Shown here: piece after piece, positions 16,917 through 27,088 of the stretch
Position numbering within the stretch: the stretch's first letter is position 1
Layout of the letters: the number at the start of each line of letters is the position of its first letter
Source of the DNA: Gemmatimonadota bacterium
GTDB lineage: Bacteria; Gemmatimonadota; Gemmatimonadetes; Gemmatimonadales; Gemmatimonadaceae
Direction: 5' to 3'
DNA: 64,000 bases
Assembly (NCBI GenBank): GCA_040389905.1
Contig: JAZJZK010000005.1
Coordinates: 160,001 to 224,000, forward strand
Translations under genes and position numbers: made by a program
Notes under the pieces: generated by a model
Database searches by the model: none
Told to the model about the DNA's origin: nothing
Seen by the model: the letters and a program-made list of their open reading frames with translations, nothing else

Positions 16917-19580
16917 ATGAAGAGACGCGATTTTCTCCGCCACGGGCTTGTCAGCGCGGCAGTCGTACGCGGATTGGCCTGGCCTCCGCGCGCCGCACGC
17001 AATGTTGTCTTTGTCATCGAGCCAGGTGACCCGGTGGCCGACGCGCCGCCGGTGAAGGTGGCGCTCGCGCTGCTCGAACAACAACTGATCGCCGTCGGCG
17101 CAACGGTCAGCACGGTGTCGGCAATCAATGAGAGCGCCAAGGGCGACCTCTGTCTCGTGATTGGCGGGAAGGAGAGCGCGACGGCCCGAGCTGTCCTTCG
17201 CTCCGCCCGCGCGACGGCGCCGACCGCCGCGGAAGGCCTGGTCCTCGCAGGAACGACGATGTCCGGACGCAGCGCGATTGTCGCCTGCGGTGCGGACGCG
17301 CGCGGGCTCTCCTACGCGCTACGCGAGCTCGCGGACAGCGTCGAGCACGGGACGCCGGCAGTGTCCGCGCTGCGTATCTCGCGCCCAATCGCACAGCAGC
17401 CGGCGAATGCAGTGCGAAGCGTCATGCGGCAATTCACCAGCGAGCCGCTCGACAAGCCGTGGTACAACGACCGCGACGGGTGGACGCGCTATCTCGACAT
17501 GCTCGCGACGCACCGCTTCAATCGCCTGCACCTCGCATTCGGTCTCGGCTACGACACGCTGTCGCGCGTGACCGATTCCTACATGGTCTTCCTGTACCCG
17601 TTCCTGCTGTCTGTGCCGGGTTACCCCGTGCGGGCGACGAACCTTCCCGATGCGGAACGTGATCGCAATCTCGAGATGCTGCGTTTCGCCAGCGAACAGG
17701 CCGTCGCCAGGGGGCTCGACTTTCAACTCGGCATCTGGATGCATGGTTATGCCATGCCGAACAGCCCCGGCGCGAAGTACGTCATCGAGGGACTCACGGC
17801 GGAAACGCATGCGCCGTACTGCCGCGACGCGCTCACGGCCGTGTTGAAGGCCTGTCCGGCGATCTCCGCGGTCGCACTGCGTATTCACGGAGAGAGCGGG
17901 ATCGCCGAGGGCAGCTACGAATTCTGGGGTACGGTGTTCGATGGCGTGCCGCGTGCGGGGCGACAGGTCGAGATCGACCTGCACGCGAAAGGGATCGATA
18001 CGACAATGATTTCCCGTGCGTCGAAAACCGGGATGCCGATCAACCTGTCGCCAAAATTCGCTGCGGAACACTGCGGCATGCCCTATCACCAGGCAGCGAT
18101 TCGCGATCTCGAGATGCCTGTTGCCGGGCATACGGGCGCGGGGCTGATGACGCTGAGCGAAGGCCAGCGTGTATTCACGCGCTATGGCTACGCGGATCTC
18201 ATGCGCGACGATCGCGCATACACGGTGCGCACGCGTGTGTTCGCGGGAACGCAGCGATTGCTCGCGTGGGGCGATCCGGAGTGGGCCGCGGAATATTCCC
18301 GCGCTTTCCAATTTGCGGGCATGACGGGAGCTGACCTCATGGAACCGTTGACGTGTCGCGGTCGACGAGGCACCGGCGTGGGGCGTCGTGATGGCTATGC
18401 CGATGCGACACTTGCTCCAGCGCGCGATTGGGAGAAATATTCGGCGTGGTATCGTGCGTGGGGACGCACGATGTATGACCCGCGCACCGCGCCTGACGTC
18501 TTCAGTCGTTCGTTTGGAAGCGACGCACGTTCGCGCGCGCTCGCATCGGCGCTCGCGCGCGCGAATCGCATACTGCCCATCGTAACCAATGCACATCTCC
18601 CGTCCGCGGCATGTGATGCGTACTGGCCGGAGATCTACTGGAACCACCGAATCGTCGGCGACACGCCGCGGAATCCCTATGGTGACTCGCCGTCGCCGAA
18701 GAACTTTCAGCATGTGAGCCCACTCGATCCGCAGCTGTTCACGTCGATCAGCGAGCATGCGGAGGAATTGGCCGCGGGTGCGCGAAGCGGGAAGTATTCG
18801 CCGATCGACGTCGCACAGTGGCTCGAGGACCTTGCCACACGTGCGGATGCCGACCTGGGGCGCGCGGGATCCGGCACGTCACCAGACCGCCGCCGCATCG
18901 CAGTCGACGTGGGAATCCAGATTGGCCTCGGCCGCTTCTTCGCGGCGAAACTGCGGAGTGGCGTGCTGTACGCACTGTTCGAGCGCACGGGCGATCGACG
19001 AGCGCTAGTCGAAGCGCTGGCACTTTATCGCCGTGCGCAAGCGGCGTGGTCGGCGATGTCCGAACAGCAGCGTGGTGTGTACCAGGCCGATCTGTCGGTC
19101 AGCGACAAGATATCGGAGCACGGACAGTGGGCCGATCGCCTACCGTTGATCGAACAGGACGTTCAGCAGATGGAGCAAAAGCTTTCTGCGGCGGCGACGA
19201 CCGACCATCCGCGCGTTCCCGCGGCGATTGCCGAAGCGAAGAGTGTCGTGCGCAGGACGACCGCGGTCGTAACACATACGCCGCCCGCACGATTCACCCC
19301 CGGTAGCGGGGTCGTCATCACCGTGGCGGTACCGAACCGAAAGGCGAGCTCGGCGCGGTTGTATTACCGCCACGTGAATCAGGCGGAGCGATACGAAGTC
19401 GTCGAGATGACCGCGCACGGCACGAATTACTCGGCGAGCATCCCTGGCGCGTACACGGATTCGCCGTATCCGCTCCAGTACTATTTCGAGATACGAGAAA
19501 GTCCGGCGATGGCGTGGCTCGCACCGAGTTTCGGCCCGGATCTCGGGAATCAACCGTACTACGTATTGCGTCGCGTCTAA
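16917..19580 (+). CDS. Large Tat-exported hypothetical protein, possible glycoside-hydrolase-like fold
   Basis: KRRDFL twin-arginine signal; EGLVL..GADARGLSYALREL resembles the N-domain of GH20/GH67-type enzymes; C-terminal beta-rich domain. Confidence 0.7.
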   Translation: MKRRDFLRHGLVSAAVVRGLAWPPRAARNVVFVIEPGDPVADAPPVKVALALLEQQLIAVGATVSTVSAINESAKGDLCLVIGGKESATARAVLRSARATAPTAAEGLVLAGTTMSGRSAIVACGADARGLSYALRELADSVEHGTPAVSALRISRPIAQQPANAVRSVMRQFTSEPLDKPWYNDRDGWTRYLDMLATHRFNRLHLAFGLGYDTLSRVTDSYMVFLYPFLLSVPGYPVRATNLPDAERDRNLEMLRFASEQAVARGLDFQLGIWMHGYAMPNSPGAKYVIEGLTAETHAPYCRDALTAVLKACPAISAVALRIHGESGIAEGSYEFWGTVFDGVPRAGRQVEIDLHAKGIDTTMISRASKTGMPINLSPKFAAEHCGMPYHQAAIRDLEMPVAGHTGAGLMTLSEGQRVFTRYGYADLMRDDRAYTVRTRVFAGTQRLLAWGDPEWAAEYSRAFQFAGMTGADLMEPLTCRGRRGTGVGRRDGYADATLAPARDWEKYSAWYRAWGRTMYDPRTAPDVFSRSFGSDARSRALASALARANRILPIVTNAHLPSAACDAYWPEIYWNHRIVGDTPRNPYGDSPSPKNFQHVSPLDPQLFTSISEHAEELAAGARSGKYSPIDVAQWLEDLATRADADLGRAGSGTSPDRRRIAVDVGIQIGLGRFFAAKLRSGVLYALFERTGDRRALVEALALYRRAQAAWSAMSEQQRGVYQADLSVSDKISEHGQWADRLPLIEQDVQQMEQKLSAAATTDHPRVPAAIAEAKSVVRRTTAVVTHTPPARFTPGSGVVITVAVPNRKASSARLYYRHVNQAERYEVVEMTAHGTNYSASIPGAYTDSPYPLQYYFEIRESPAMAWLAPSFGPDLGNQPYYVLRRV

Positions 19581-19609
19581 AGGGCGCGCGATCGGCGCGC
19601 TCAGCCGTT

Positions 19610-19762
19610 CTATCCTTGCCGTTTGAAGAACTGGACTGCGCGTTCGTGCTTCTGCGCGGCGGCGCGCGTGCTGAAGGTCCCGAGGTTCCGGCGCTTCCCG
19701 GTCTTCGGGTTCTTCTTGCGTGAATAGAGGCGGAACTCGCCGCTCTTGAGATTGCGTATCAT
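19610..19762 (-). CDS. Small basic hypothetical protein (50 aa)
   Basis: MIRNLKSGEFRLYSRKKNPKTGKRRNLGTF..; strong GGAGGAG RBS; fills an intergenic gap. Confidence 0.75.
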   Translation of the reverse strand: MIRNLKSGEFRLYSRKKNPKTGKRRNLGTFSTRAAAQKHERAVQFFKRQG

Positions 19763-19841
19763 CGCGCTCCTCCGGTTGACCGTTCGCATCAATCGTGGGC
19801 GCGAGAAGCGTGCCAGTCAGGCACGGTAACGGCGCGACGAC

Positions 19842-19887
19842 TTGACACGGTACGGGCGATGGCGCTACATCTTGATTATCAAGATGT
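19842..19887 (+). promoter_or_regulatory. Putative promoter with perfect palindromic operator upstream of PadR gene
   Basis: TTGACA at 19842-19847; ACATCTTGAT-T-ATCAAGATGT at 19867-19887 overlapping the expected -10/+1 region. Confidence 0.7.
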
Positions 19888-19914
19888 GACAGTCAACTGG
19901 AGCCGAGCGTCGTC

Positions 19915-20250
19915 GTGGACGAACCGAATACCGATGTCATCCAGGGAACCCTGGACATGCTCATCCTCAAGTCGCTCAGCCTCGAGCCCATGCACGGCTT
20001 CGGGGTAGCGCGGCGAATCGAACAGATCTCGCGTGGCGTATTCAAGGTCAATCCGGGCTCGCTCCTCGTGGCCTTCCAGCGGCTCGAGCGCAACGGCCTC
20101 ATCGACGCCGCATGGCGCCAGACGGAAAACTCGCGCCGAGCGAAGTTCTATCAACTCACGCGCGCGGGGACGAAACAGCTCGGCATCGAGACCGCGGATT
20201 GGGCGCGTCGTGCCGCGGCCGTCGCACGCCTGCTGCGCGCGGAGAGCTGA
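19915..20250 (+). CDS. PadR family transcriptional regulator (acidobacterial type)
   Basis: QGTLDMLILKSL..PMHGFG, GSL, RRAKFYQLT..G motifs. Confidence 0.93.
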   Translation: MDEPNTDVIQGTLDMLILKSLSLEPMHGFGVARRIEQISRGVFKVNPGSLLVAFQRLERNGLIDAAWRQTENSRRAKFYQLTRAGTKQLGIETADWARRAAAVARLLRAES

Positions 20251-20253
20251 CCA

Positions 20254-22935
20254 ATGTCGGTAACGAGCATCTGGCGACATGTCACACGTGGCGTCCGCGC
20301 TCTCGTCCCGGGATCCGGGCACGATCGCGATCTCCAGGACGAGCTGACTCACTATCTCGATCAGGCGACCAAAGCGCATATCGCCAATGGCCTGACGCTG
20401 GAAGACGCACGCCGCGCAGCGCAGCGCGACGTCGGCAACCTGACCGTGGCCCGCGAGTCGGTCCACGCCTCGCTCTGGGAGAATACCATCGCAACCCTTG
20501 TCACCGATGTTCGTTATGCGATGCGGATGCTGCGTCGCAGTCCGGTCTTTACAACGATCATCGTGCTCGTCATTTCGCTGGGGATCGGCGCGGTCACCAC
20601 GATCTTCAGCGCGGCGAATGGCATCCTCTTCAAGCCGCTTCCGGGCGCGAGCGACCCGGGCCGGCTCGTTGGCATCGATCGCATCGAGCCAGCAGAACGC
20701 GGTGGCACGCAAGCGACCTATCCCTACTACCGGTTCCTTCGCGAGCGCACGCGCACACTCTCGGGTATCGCAGCGTGGGGCAAGGCCACCTTGACGCTGA
20801 ACACAGGCCAGAGTGGGCATTCCGTCTACGCGAACATCGTCAGTGGAAACTTCTTCTCCGTCCTCGGTGTGCGACCGGCGCTAGGCCGGTTCTTTCTGCC
20901 GGAAGAAGACGTTACTCCGCTCACGCATCCGGTCATCGTCGTCTCACACGAATTCTGGGAATCCGCACTCGGTGCGGACAGCAGTGCCATCGGTCGCACC
21001 ATCGGCGTGAACGGCGCCGCATTCACGCTCGTCGGCGTAGCGCCGCGTGGTTTCCGTGGTGTGTTCACTCCGATCGTCACCTCCGCATGGGTTCCGCTGA
21101 TGATGGCCGAGCGCGTCCGGCCGAGGACCGACTTCGAGAGCGCGGCCGCGAGCTGGCTCTGGACCTTTGGCCGGCTGAACCGGGGTGTCAATCGCGAAGT
21201 GGCGAGGCAGGAGCTCCGCGCGCTCACTGCGGATCGGATCGCACAGGGTGTCGAACCGAAATGGATGGAGCGCAACAACGGTATCAGGCTCATCGGCCTC
21301 ACCGGACTTCCCGACGACGCGCACAAAGCGATGCTCGCGTTCGCATCCGTGCTGCTCGGCGTGGCAATCATGGTGTTGCTGATCGCCAGTGTGAACGTGG
21401 CCGCGATGCTCTCGGCGCGCGCGGTCGCGCGGCAGCACGAAATGGCCATCCGCGTCGCGCTCGGTGCGGGGCGTTTGCGGCTCGTTCGTCAATTGCTCAC
21501 CGAGAGCGTGATGCTATTCGTCCTGGGAGCAGCGGGCGGTGTAGGTCTCGCATGTGGCGCGACCTGGCTGCTCGAGCGCATTCCACTGCCGATCGGTGAG
21601 CCGCTGTCGCTCGAACTGTCCCCGGACTATCGCGTTCTCGTGTTCGCGCTGCTGGTGTCCCTCGTCACAGGGGTGCTCTTTGGTCTTGCACCCGCATTGC
21701 GAGCCGCTCGGCTCGATGTCACGTCACGTCTGCGCAACGACTCGCGGACAGGTGACGCGCGACGGGGACTCATCAGCAATGCGCTCGTCGTCGGCCAGCT
21801 TGCGCTCTCACTGCTACTGCTGGTTTCAGCGGGGCTGTTGTTGCGCGCGCTTGATCATGGCCGGAGCGTCGATCCGCGCTTCGATGTCAAGGGTGTGGCC
21901 ACCGCGGAGCTCAAGGCTGAGTCGTGGGGGTACGATGAGGCCAAGGCGCGCACGTTTTATCGAGCGCTCCGTGAGCGCGTGCAAGGACTTCCGGGAGTAA
22001 CGGAGGTGTCGTACACGAGTCGGCTGCCGCTTCAGATGAGCTCGAGCAGCAGCAACATCCGACTCGACAACGCGCAAACACCGGGACGTGCAGAAGAACG
22101 CGGAACTCCCGTGCAGACGGACGTTGTCGACGTCGACTACTTCTCCGTCGTGCGAATTCCGGTTCTTGCCGGCAGGCCGTTTCGTACCAGCGACGACCAA
22201 GACGCACCACGTGTCGCGATCGTCAACGAGACGTTCGCGAAGAAGCATTGGGCTGTCGGCGGCGCGATTGGCCAGACGTTCGTCGCGGATGGAACGCAGG
22301 TCACCATCATCGGTATCGCGCGCGACGCCAAGTACTCGACGCTGACGGAAACCACGCCGTCGCACGTATACTATGCTGTGGGCCAGGGCGCGCAGACGGA
22401 GCTGACGCTCATGGTGAGGACGACCGGTAGCGCCGATTCGCTGCGCGCACCGATTCGCGACGCGGTGCTTGCACTGGATCGCGGACTTCCACCACCGGCT
22501 GTCGTCAGTCTCGAGAATGCGACGAGCTTCGTGTTATTGCCGCAGAGAGTTGCGGCGATGGTGACGGGTGCGCTGGGCGTACTCGGTCTCTTGCTAGCGT
22601 CGATTGGACTGTACGGAATCATCTCGTATTCGGTGAGTCGTCGCTCGCGCGAGATCGGTGTGCGCATGGCGCTTGGAGCACGTGCAACCGATGTGCATCG
22701 GATGGTGGTACGGAGCGGCATGCGCCTCACAGCGATGGGAGTCGTCATCGGTCTCGTGCTCGCGATGGCCGCGTCGCGACTGCTCGTCGCGTTCCTGTAC
22801 GGAGTTAATCCGCTCGACGCTCTCACCTTCGCCGCGACATCCGCGCTGTTGGTCGCAGTGGCATTTCTTGCCAGTTACCTTCCCGCGCGCCGTGCAGCGG
22901 CGGCCGATCCGCTGGTGGCGCTACGGTCGAACTGA
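20254..22935 (+). CDS. ADOP-type duplicated MacB/FtsX ABC permease
   Basis: N-terminal permease prefix (DELTHYL..ARRAA), two MacB periplasmic + FtsX repeats, REIGVRMALGA, DPLVALR; coupled to PadR. Confidence 0.93.
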   Translation: MSVTSIWRHVTRGVRALVPGSGHDRDLQDELTHYLDQATKAHIANGLTLEDARRAAQRDVGNLTVARESVHASLWENTIATLVTDVRYAMRMLRRSPVFTTIIVLVISLGIGAVTTIFSAANGILFKPLPGASDPGRLVGIDRIEPAERGGTQATYPYYRFLRERTRTLSGIAAWGKATLTLNTGQSGHSVYANIVSGNFFSVLGVRPALGRFFLPEEDVTPLTHPVIVVSHEFWESALGADSSAIGRTIGVNGAAFTLVGVAPRGFRGVFTPIVTSAWVPLMMAERVRPRTDFESAAASWLWTFGRLNRGVNREVARQELRALTADRIAQGVEPKWMERNNGIRLIGLTGLPDDAHKAMLAFASVLLGVAIMVLLIASVNVAAMLSARAVARQHEMAIRVALGAGRLRLVRQLLTESVMLFVLGAAGGVGLACGATWLLERIPLPIGEPLSLELSPDYRVLVFALLVSLVTGVLFGLAPALRAARLDVTSRLRNDSRTGDARRGLISNALVVGQLALSLLLLVSAGLLLRALDHGRSVDPRFDVKGVATAELKAESWGYDEAKARTFYRALRERVQGLPGVTEVSYTSRLPLQMSSSSSNIRLDNAQTPGRAEERGTPVQTDVVDVDYFSVVRIPVLAGRPFRTSDDQDAPRVAIVNETFAKKHWAVGGAIGQTFVADGTQVTIIGIARDAKYSTLTETTPSHVYYAVGQGAQTELTLMVRTTGSADSLRAPIRDAVLALDRGLPPPAVVSLENATSFVLLPQRVAAMVTGALGVLGLLLASIGLYGIISYSVSRRSREIGVRMALGARATDVHRMVVRSGMRLTAMGVVIGLVLAMAASRLLVAFLYGVNPLDALTFAATSALLVAVAFLASYLPARRAAAADPLVALRSN

Positions 22936-23014
22936 ACAGCGCAACATCAGGTTCGCTCCGCCCAGAGACTGCACGTTACTATCGGCATCGGGACGCAATC
23001 GGCTAGAATTGCGA

Positions 23015-24538
23015 ATGCGCCTCCCACTCGTTCCAGTTCGGACGGTCTCACGGCTCGTCCTCATCACCGTGATCTCCACCGAGGCAGGCTGCATCGCGGG
23101 TCGACAAACCGGCGGTGGCCTCCCCGATGATCCGCCGGCGCTCACCGCCATCGTTGAATCCGACCTCCGACGCGACCTGTTCGCGCTCGCGAGCACCGAG
23201 ATGCGTGGCCGAGAGGGCGGAACGGTGGACGAGCTGCGAGCCTCGGCATGGCTGGCCGAACGGGCGCGAGAGGCCGGTCTCGAGCCGGCAGGCGATGACG
23301 GCACGTACTTCCAGTTCTGGCGAATGCGTCGAAGCCGAGTGTCCGACGCCAGCAGCGTTTCGTTGGGTGGTGCGGCCATCCGCATGCCGGACGACGGCGT
23401 TTTCGTAACCCCGGTCAGCGCCAGCGTCGATCTCCCTGTTGTGTATGTTGGCGAGGGACGGGCAGCCGATCTGGCGAACATCGATCTCCGTGGCAAAGCG
23501 GTGGCAGCGCTGTTGACAGCGCCGGAGAATTCACCGCCTGTCGGTCCCCTGCTCACGGCGCGCCGCTACACGATGCTGGCCGTGAGGCAGCGCGCGGCAT
23601 TTCTCTCCGAACGCGGCGCGGCGGCAGTGCTCATCGTCTCCGATTCCATTGGGGAGACACAATTCCAGAACATTGCCACCGGATGGGCGCGCGGGAGCTA
23701 TGCGCTCGATACGGCGACGAGTGTGGTAACCCGTCCAACGCGCGTACCGGTGCTGTGGCTTCGCCGTGCATCGCTCGCGCGTGTGCGTGGTGCCACGGCT
23801 GCGCGGTTCGTCGCGTCCGTCACGACCGATGATTTCGTGGTGCCATCCGTGAACGTCGTCGCGCGCGTACGCGGCACCGACCCTGTGAGACGCGAAGAAC
23901 ACATTCTCTACAGTGCACATCAGGACGGACTCGGTGTTCGCTATGCGTGGGATGGTGACTCAACGTGGAAGGGCGCGGATGACAACGCGACGACGAGTGT
24001 TGCACTGTTGGCGATTGGCCGCGCGTTCCGCGCTGCCCCAGCGCGTCGGTCGGTGCTGTTCGTCTGGCACGGATCGGAGGAGCTCGGTCTCCTCGGGTCG
24101 CGCTGGTTTGCGCTGCATCCTACGGTGCCGCGCGCGTCCCTTGCCGCGGTGATCAACGGCGACATGATCGGACGGAATCACCCGGACACCGCCGCGCTGA
24201 TGGGTGTGATGTCCCCGAACCGAAACTCCCGTGTGCTCGCCGATATGGCGCTGTCCGCCAATGCGCGCGTGAGCCGCTTTGCGATCGATACGTCATGGGA
24301 TGCGCCGACGCATCCCGAGGGTCTCTTCCAGCGGAGCGATCACTGGCCGTACGCGCTCCAGCGAATTCCGGTCATCTATTTCTCGACCGCGTTGAGCGCC
24401 GACTATCACACACCTCGCGACGAAGCCTCGCGCATCGACTATGCCAAGCTCACGCGCATGTCGCAGTGGATGTACGCCACCGGGTGGGCCGCGGCGAACG
24501 CCGATCAACGACCGACGTTGGACGGAGGAAGACGATAG
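23015..24538 (+). CDS. Exported M28 family metallopeptidase with PA-like insert
   Basis: SAHQD, GADDNA, SEELGLLGS, NGDMIG, RSDH, YHTPRD; start moved to ATG 23015. Confidence 0.9.
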   Translation: MRLPLVPVRTVSRLVLITVISTEAGCIAGRQTGGGLPDDPPALTAIVESDLRRDLFALASTEMRGREGGTVDELRASAWLAERAREAGLEPAGDDGTYFQFWRMRRSRVSDASSVSLGGAAIRMPDDGVFVTPVSASVDLPVVYVGEGRAADLANIDLRGKAVAALLTAPENSPPVGPLLTARRYTMLAVRQRAAFLSERGAAAVLIVSDSIGETQFQNIATGWARGSYALDTATSVVTRPTRVPVLWLRRASLARVRGATAARFVASVTTDDFVVPSVNVVARVRGTDPVRREEHILYSAHQDGLGVRYAWDGDSTWKGADDNATTSVALLAIGRAFRAAPARRSVLFVWHGSEELGLLGSRWFALHPTVPRASLAAVINGDMIGRNHPDTAALMGVMSPNRNSRVLADMALSANARVSRFAIDTSWDAPTHPEGLFQRSDHWPYALQRIPVIYFSTALSADYHTPRDEASRIDYAKLTRMSQWMYATGWAAANADQRPTLDGGRR

Positions 24539-24555
24539 CGACCCGTAAAGGAGGA

Positions 24556-24605
24556 GCAGGCCCTTCGCTGCGCTCCTCGAGGCCAGGCAGGCGACAAAAC
24601 GAGCG
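24556..24605 (+). repeat. REP-like element family A (variant with internal insertion)
   Basis: GCAGGCCCTTCGCTGCGCTC..GGCGACAAAACGAGCG between convergent genes. Confidence 0.75.
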
Positions 24606-26024
24606 TCAACCACTGCAGGCCCCCGGCGGCGGCGCAGGTATGGACTTCACGTACGCCGGCGCTGCGACATAGAAATCCGTGGCCGACTGGCTGAAGCTCG
24701 TGATGAATCGCGATTGCCAATTGACTCCCGCGGGCAGTCTGGCGCTGTCGTTGATCCACGTGTGCAGATCATATAGCGTTTTGCCGACAGAGAGCTGCTC
24801 GATGGCGAGCCCGGTGAGCGCATGGACGGGCCCAGGAGTCCCCTGCGCGCTGAGATTCGCTTCAAGTGTCTCGAGGTTCGGAATGCCGGGCGGTTGCCGC
24901 GTCGCGTATTCCGCAATCTCGGCCGCTGCGCAGCTTCGCCACACGTCCAATGACAGGAGGCCTCGCGCGGCGAGTGACGATGCGGCCGCCAACTCGGCGA
25001 TCCCCTCGAACATCCACTCTGGTCCGGCGTTAGGCTGGCCATCTGCCCGGTTCCACGCTGCTTGAAAGCGGTGGTGAAGTTCGTGTGCCACGATCTTCTG
25101 TCTGAACACCGGTCCGCTCGCCAGCCAGCGGGTGCTGGCCATGCAGATCGTGATGGTGCTCGCGTCAGTGCGGGCCGCATTCCCAATACGTGAGTCACAC
25201 AATGGTGACGACAATACCCCGTTGATCTTCGTCGCCCCGACCTGTGGAAGGATTGTACTCGGCAGGCATCCAGGAATCACGATTAGTGTGGAGCATGTGA
25301 AACGGAGCGCCAACACATCACGCAGGTAGGGGTACGCGTACAGAAAAACATCCTTCACCACTTGCTGGTCGGCCTGCGAACTCCCGGCATCGAACGCAAA
25401 AGTGAACGGCGTCAACTGGCTGGCCAAGGCAAACGAGCTACTCGAAGCACCGGCGCTGGCAGTGATGACGACCGTTCCAATCCGCAGCGCGGTAGCCACG
25501 CCGTCAGCATCGATTGATACGAGCGTGGGATCGGAACTCGACCACGACGGCGTAACGGCGACGGGAGTGCCGGCCGCATTACTGAGAATTGCTGTCAGTT
25601 TCGTCGTCGTTCCGGCCTGAACCGTCGCGGCTCCGGAGATAACGATGGACGTGACTGTGCTCGGCGCCGGACCGACTGTGAGACCGAGTGTACCGGATTT
25701 GCCATCGGCCGCTGCGCTGATCGTCGCCGTGCCGACCGCGTGTGCGGTTACGGTGCCGTCCGACGCGGCCGTCGCAACGGATTCGTTCGTACTCGCCCAT
25801 GTGAACGCCTTGCCGCTGATCTCGGTGCCCGACGAGTTGCGCGCGATGGCGGTCAATCGCGTCGCCTTTCCACTCTCGATGATCGTGGCACCACTCACGG
25901 TGATCGTGACGGCGACGGACGATACGGTATTGGTTGCTGGGGCGGTACCCGTCGGGCTCTCAGAGCCGCCGCATGCGGCGATCACGGTCAGCACAGCAAT
26001 GGAAAATTGCGCGGGTCGGATCAT
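24606..26024 (-). CDS. Lipoprotein with two Big_2 Ig-like domains and C-terminal HExxH metallopeptidase-like domain
   Basis: Lipobox IAAC; two WxSxxxxV..G.ATI repeats; AHELHH followed by WMFEGIAE. Confidence 0.75.
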   Translation of the reverse strand: MIRPAQFSIAVLTVIAACGGSESPTGTAPATNTVSSVAVTITVSGATIIESGKATRLTAIARNSSGTEISGKAFTWASTNESVATAASDGTVTAHAVGTATISAAADGKSGTLGLTVGPAPSTVTSIVISGAATVQAGTTTKLTAILSNAAGTPVAVTPSWSSSDPTLVSIDADGVATALRIGTVVITASAGASSSSFALASQLTPFTFAFDAGSSQADQQVVKDVFLYAYPYLRDVLALRFTCSTLIVIPGCLPSTILPQVGATKINGVLSSPLCDSRIGNAARTDASTITICMASTRWLASGPVFRQKIVAHELHHRFQAAWNRADGQPNAGPEWMFEGIAELAAASSLAARGLLSLDVWRSCAAAEIAEYATRQPPGIPNLETLEANLSAQGTPGPVHALTGLAIEQLSVGKTLYDLHTWINDSARLPAGVNWQSRFITSFSQSATDFYVAAPAYVKSIPAPPPGACSG

Positions 26025-26144
26025 CTCGCATCGTGGCGTCAGGTCAATTGTCCAGCAGAGTGCGGACAATTTTGCATGCAGTCGAGTCCAGCGCAAGGGA
26101 GGACGACGGAGGCCGCGCCCTTCACGCCTGACGGCCGGACAGCC

Positions 26145-27050
26145 CTATCGCAATCGCGCCCGCAGTACCGTCGGCGTGATCCCCAGCTCTCGACGGCAAA
26201 TAGTGACGAAGTGGGCATGGCTGGCAAACCCTGCCGAGTGCGCGATTGCGGAGAGATTCGAACCGATCGACGACGTGCGTCCGTCGAGTTGCTCCATCGC
26301 GTACTGGAGGCGCAGGCGCACGCGGTACGAATGCATCGTCTGCCCGGTTTGCTCCCTGAAGACGCGACACAAATGAAAGGCCGAGGTCTGAAGCGTTCGC
26401 GCAAGCTCGGATACGGACCGGTTCTCCAGCGCGGTGCGCGCGAGCTCGGCACGCGCGGCCTCGGCGAGATCCCTTCGGCGCAAGCTGGGGCGCCCGTGAT
26501 CGAGCGGCACTCGCGTGCCAGCCTCGGCGCGCGCCGCGGCGAGCACACTCGCAACGATCGCGAGCACTTCCTCCTCCGCCTCGAGCGCGGAGAGCTGTCG
26601 AGCGGCCGCACGACGCTGGAGGGCCCGCTGGCGCAGGTAGAGCGCCGAGCTGGCTGGGGCGCGCTCGAAGCCGAATGGCCGATCCGCGGACGCGACGTGC
26701 GGCGCGAGAGACGCGGCCGCGTCGCGAGCGAAATCATCGGAAAGGGCGAACCAGTCGCAGTGATCCCCCACGGGGGAAATGGGAAAGCGCTCATACCGCT
26801 GGCCGCGATTGTAGATCGTGACGACGTTGGGGTCGGCAACAAAACGGCGAGATCCCTCGTGGCGAATCCACACGCTTGTGCGGGGAAAGACGACGATCGA
26901 CTGACTGATCGGACCGGTGTTCTGGAATCGAGGGTGATGACGATCGCATCGGAACTGCCCAATGGTGACGTCCGGGCTCGCGTGCAAAATGGAGTCGAGG
27001 TCAGAATCGTGTGTGGGCGAGCAATCATATGGAAGCGCGACGCGTCGCAC
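26145..27050 (-). CDS. AraC family transcriptional regulator
   Basis: LARTLQTSAFHLCRVFR and IAHSAGFASHAHF..GITPT double HTH; start (GTG 27050 after GAAGGA) approximate. Confidence 0.88.
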   Translation of the reverse strand: MRRVALPYDCSPTHDSDLDSILHASPDVTIGQFRCDRHHPRFQNTGPISQSIVVFPRTSVWIRHEGSRRFVADPNVVTIYNRGQRYERFPISPVGDHCDWFALSDDFARDAAASLAPHVASADRPFGFERAPASSALYLRQRALQRRAAARQLSALEAEEEVLAIVASVLAAARAEAGTRVPLDHGRPSLRRRDLAEAARAELARTALENRSVSELARTLQTSAFHLCRVFREQTGQTMHSYRVRLRLQYAMEQLDGRTSSIGSNLSAIAHSAGFASHAHFVTICRRELGITPTVLRARLR

Positions 27051-27088
27051 CTCATATCCTTCAGGGACCGTCACCGGAGAAGTCCTCA

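Noticed and set aside
19872..19882. FNR box (TTGAT / ATCAA half-sites)
   Set aside because: The spacer is 1 nt rather than 4, and the palindrome extends further; better explained as a PadR operator.
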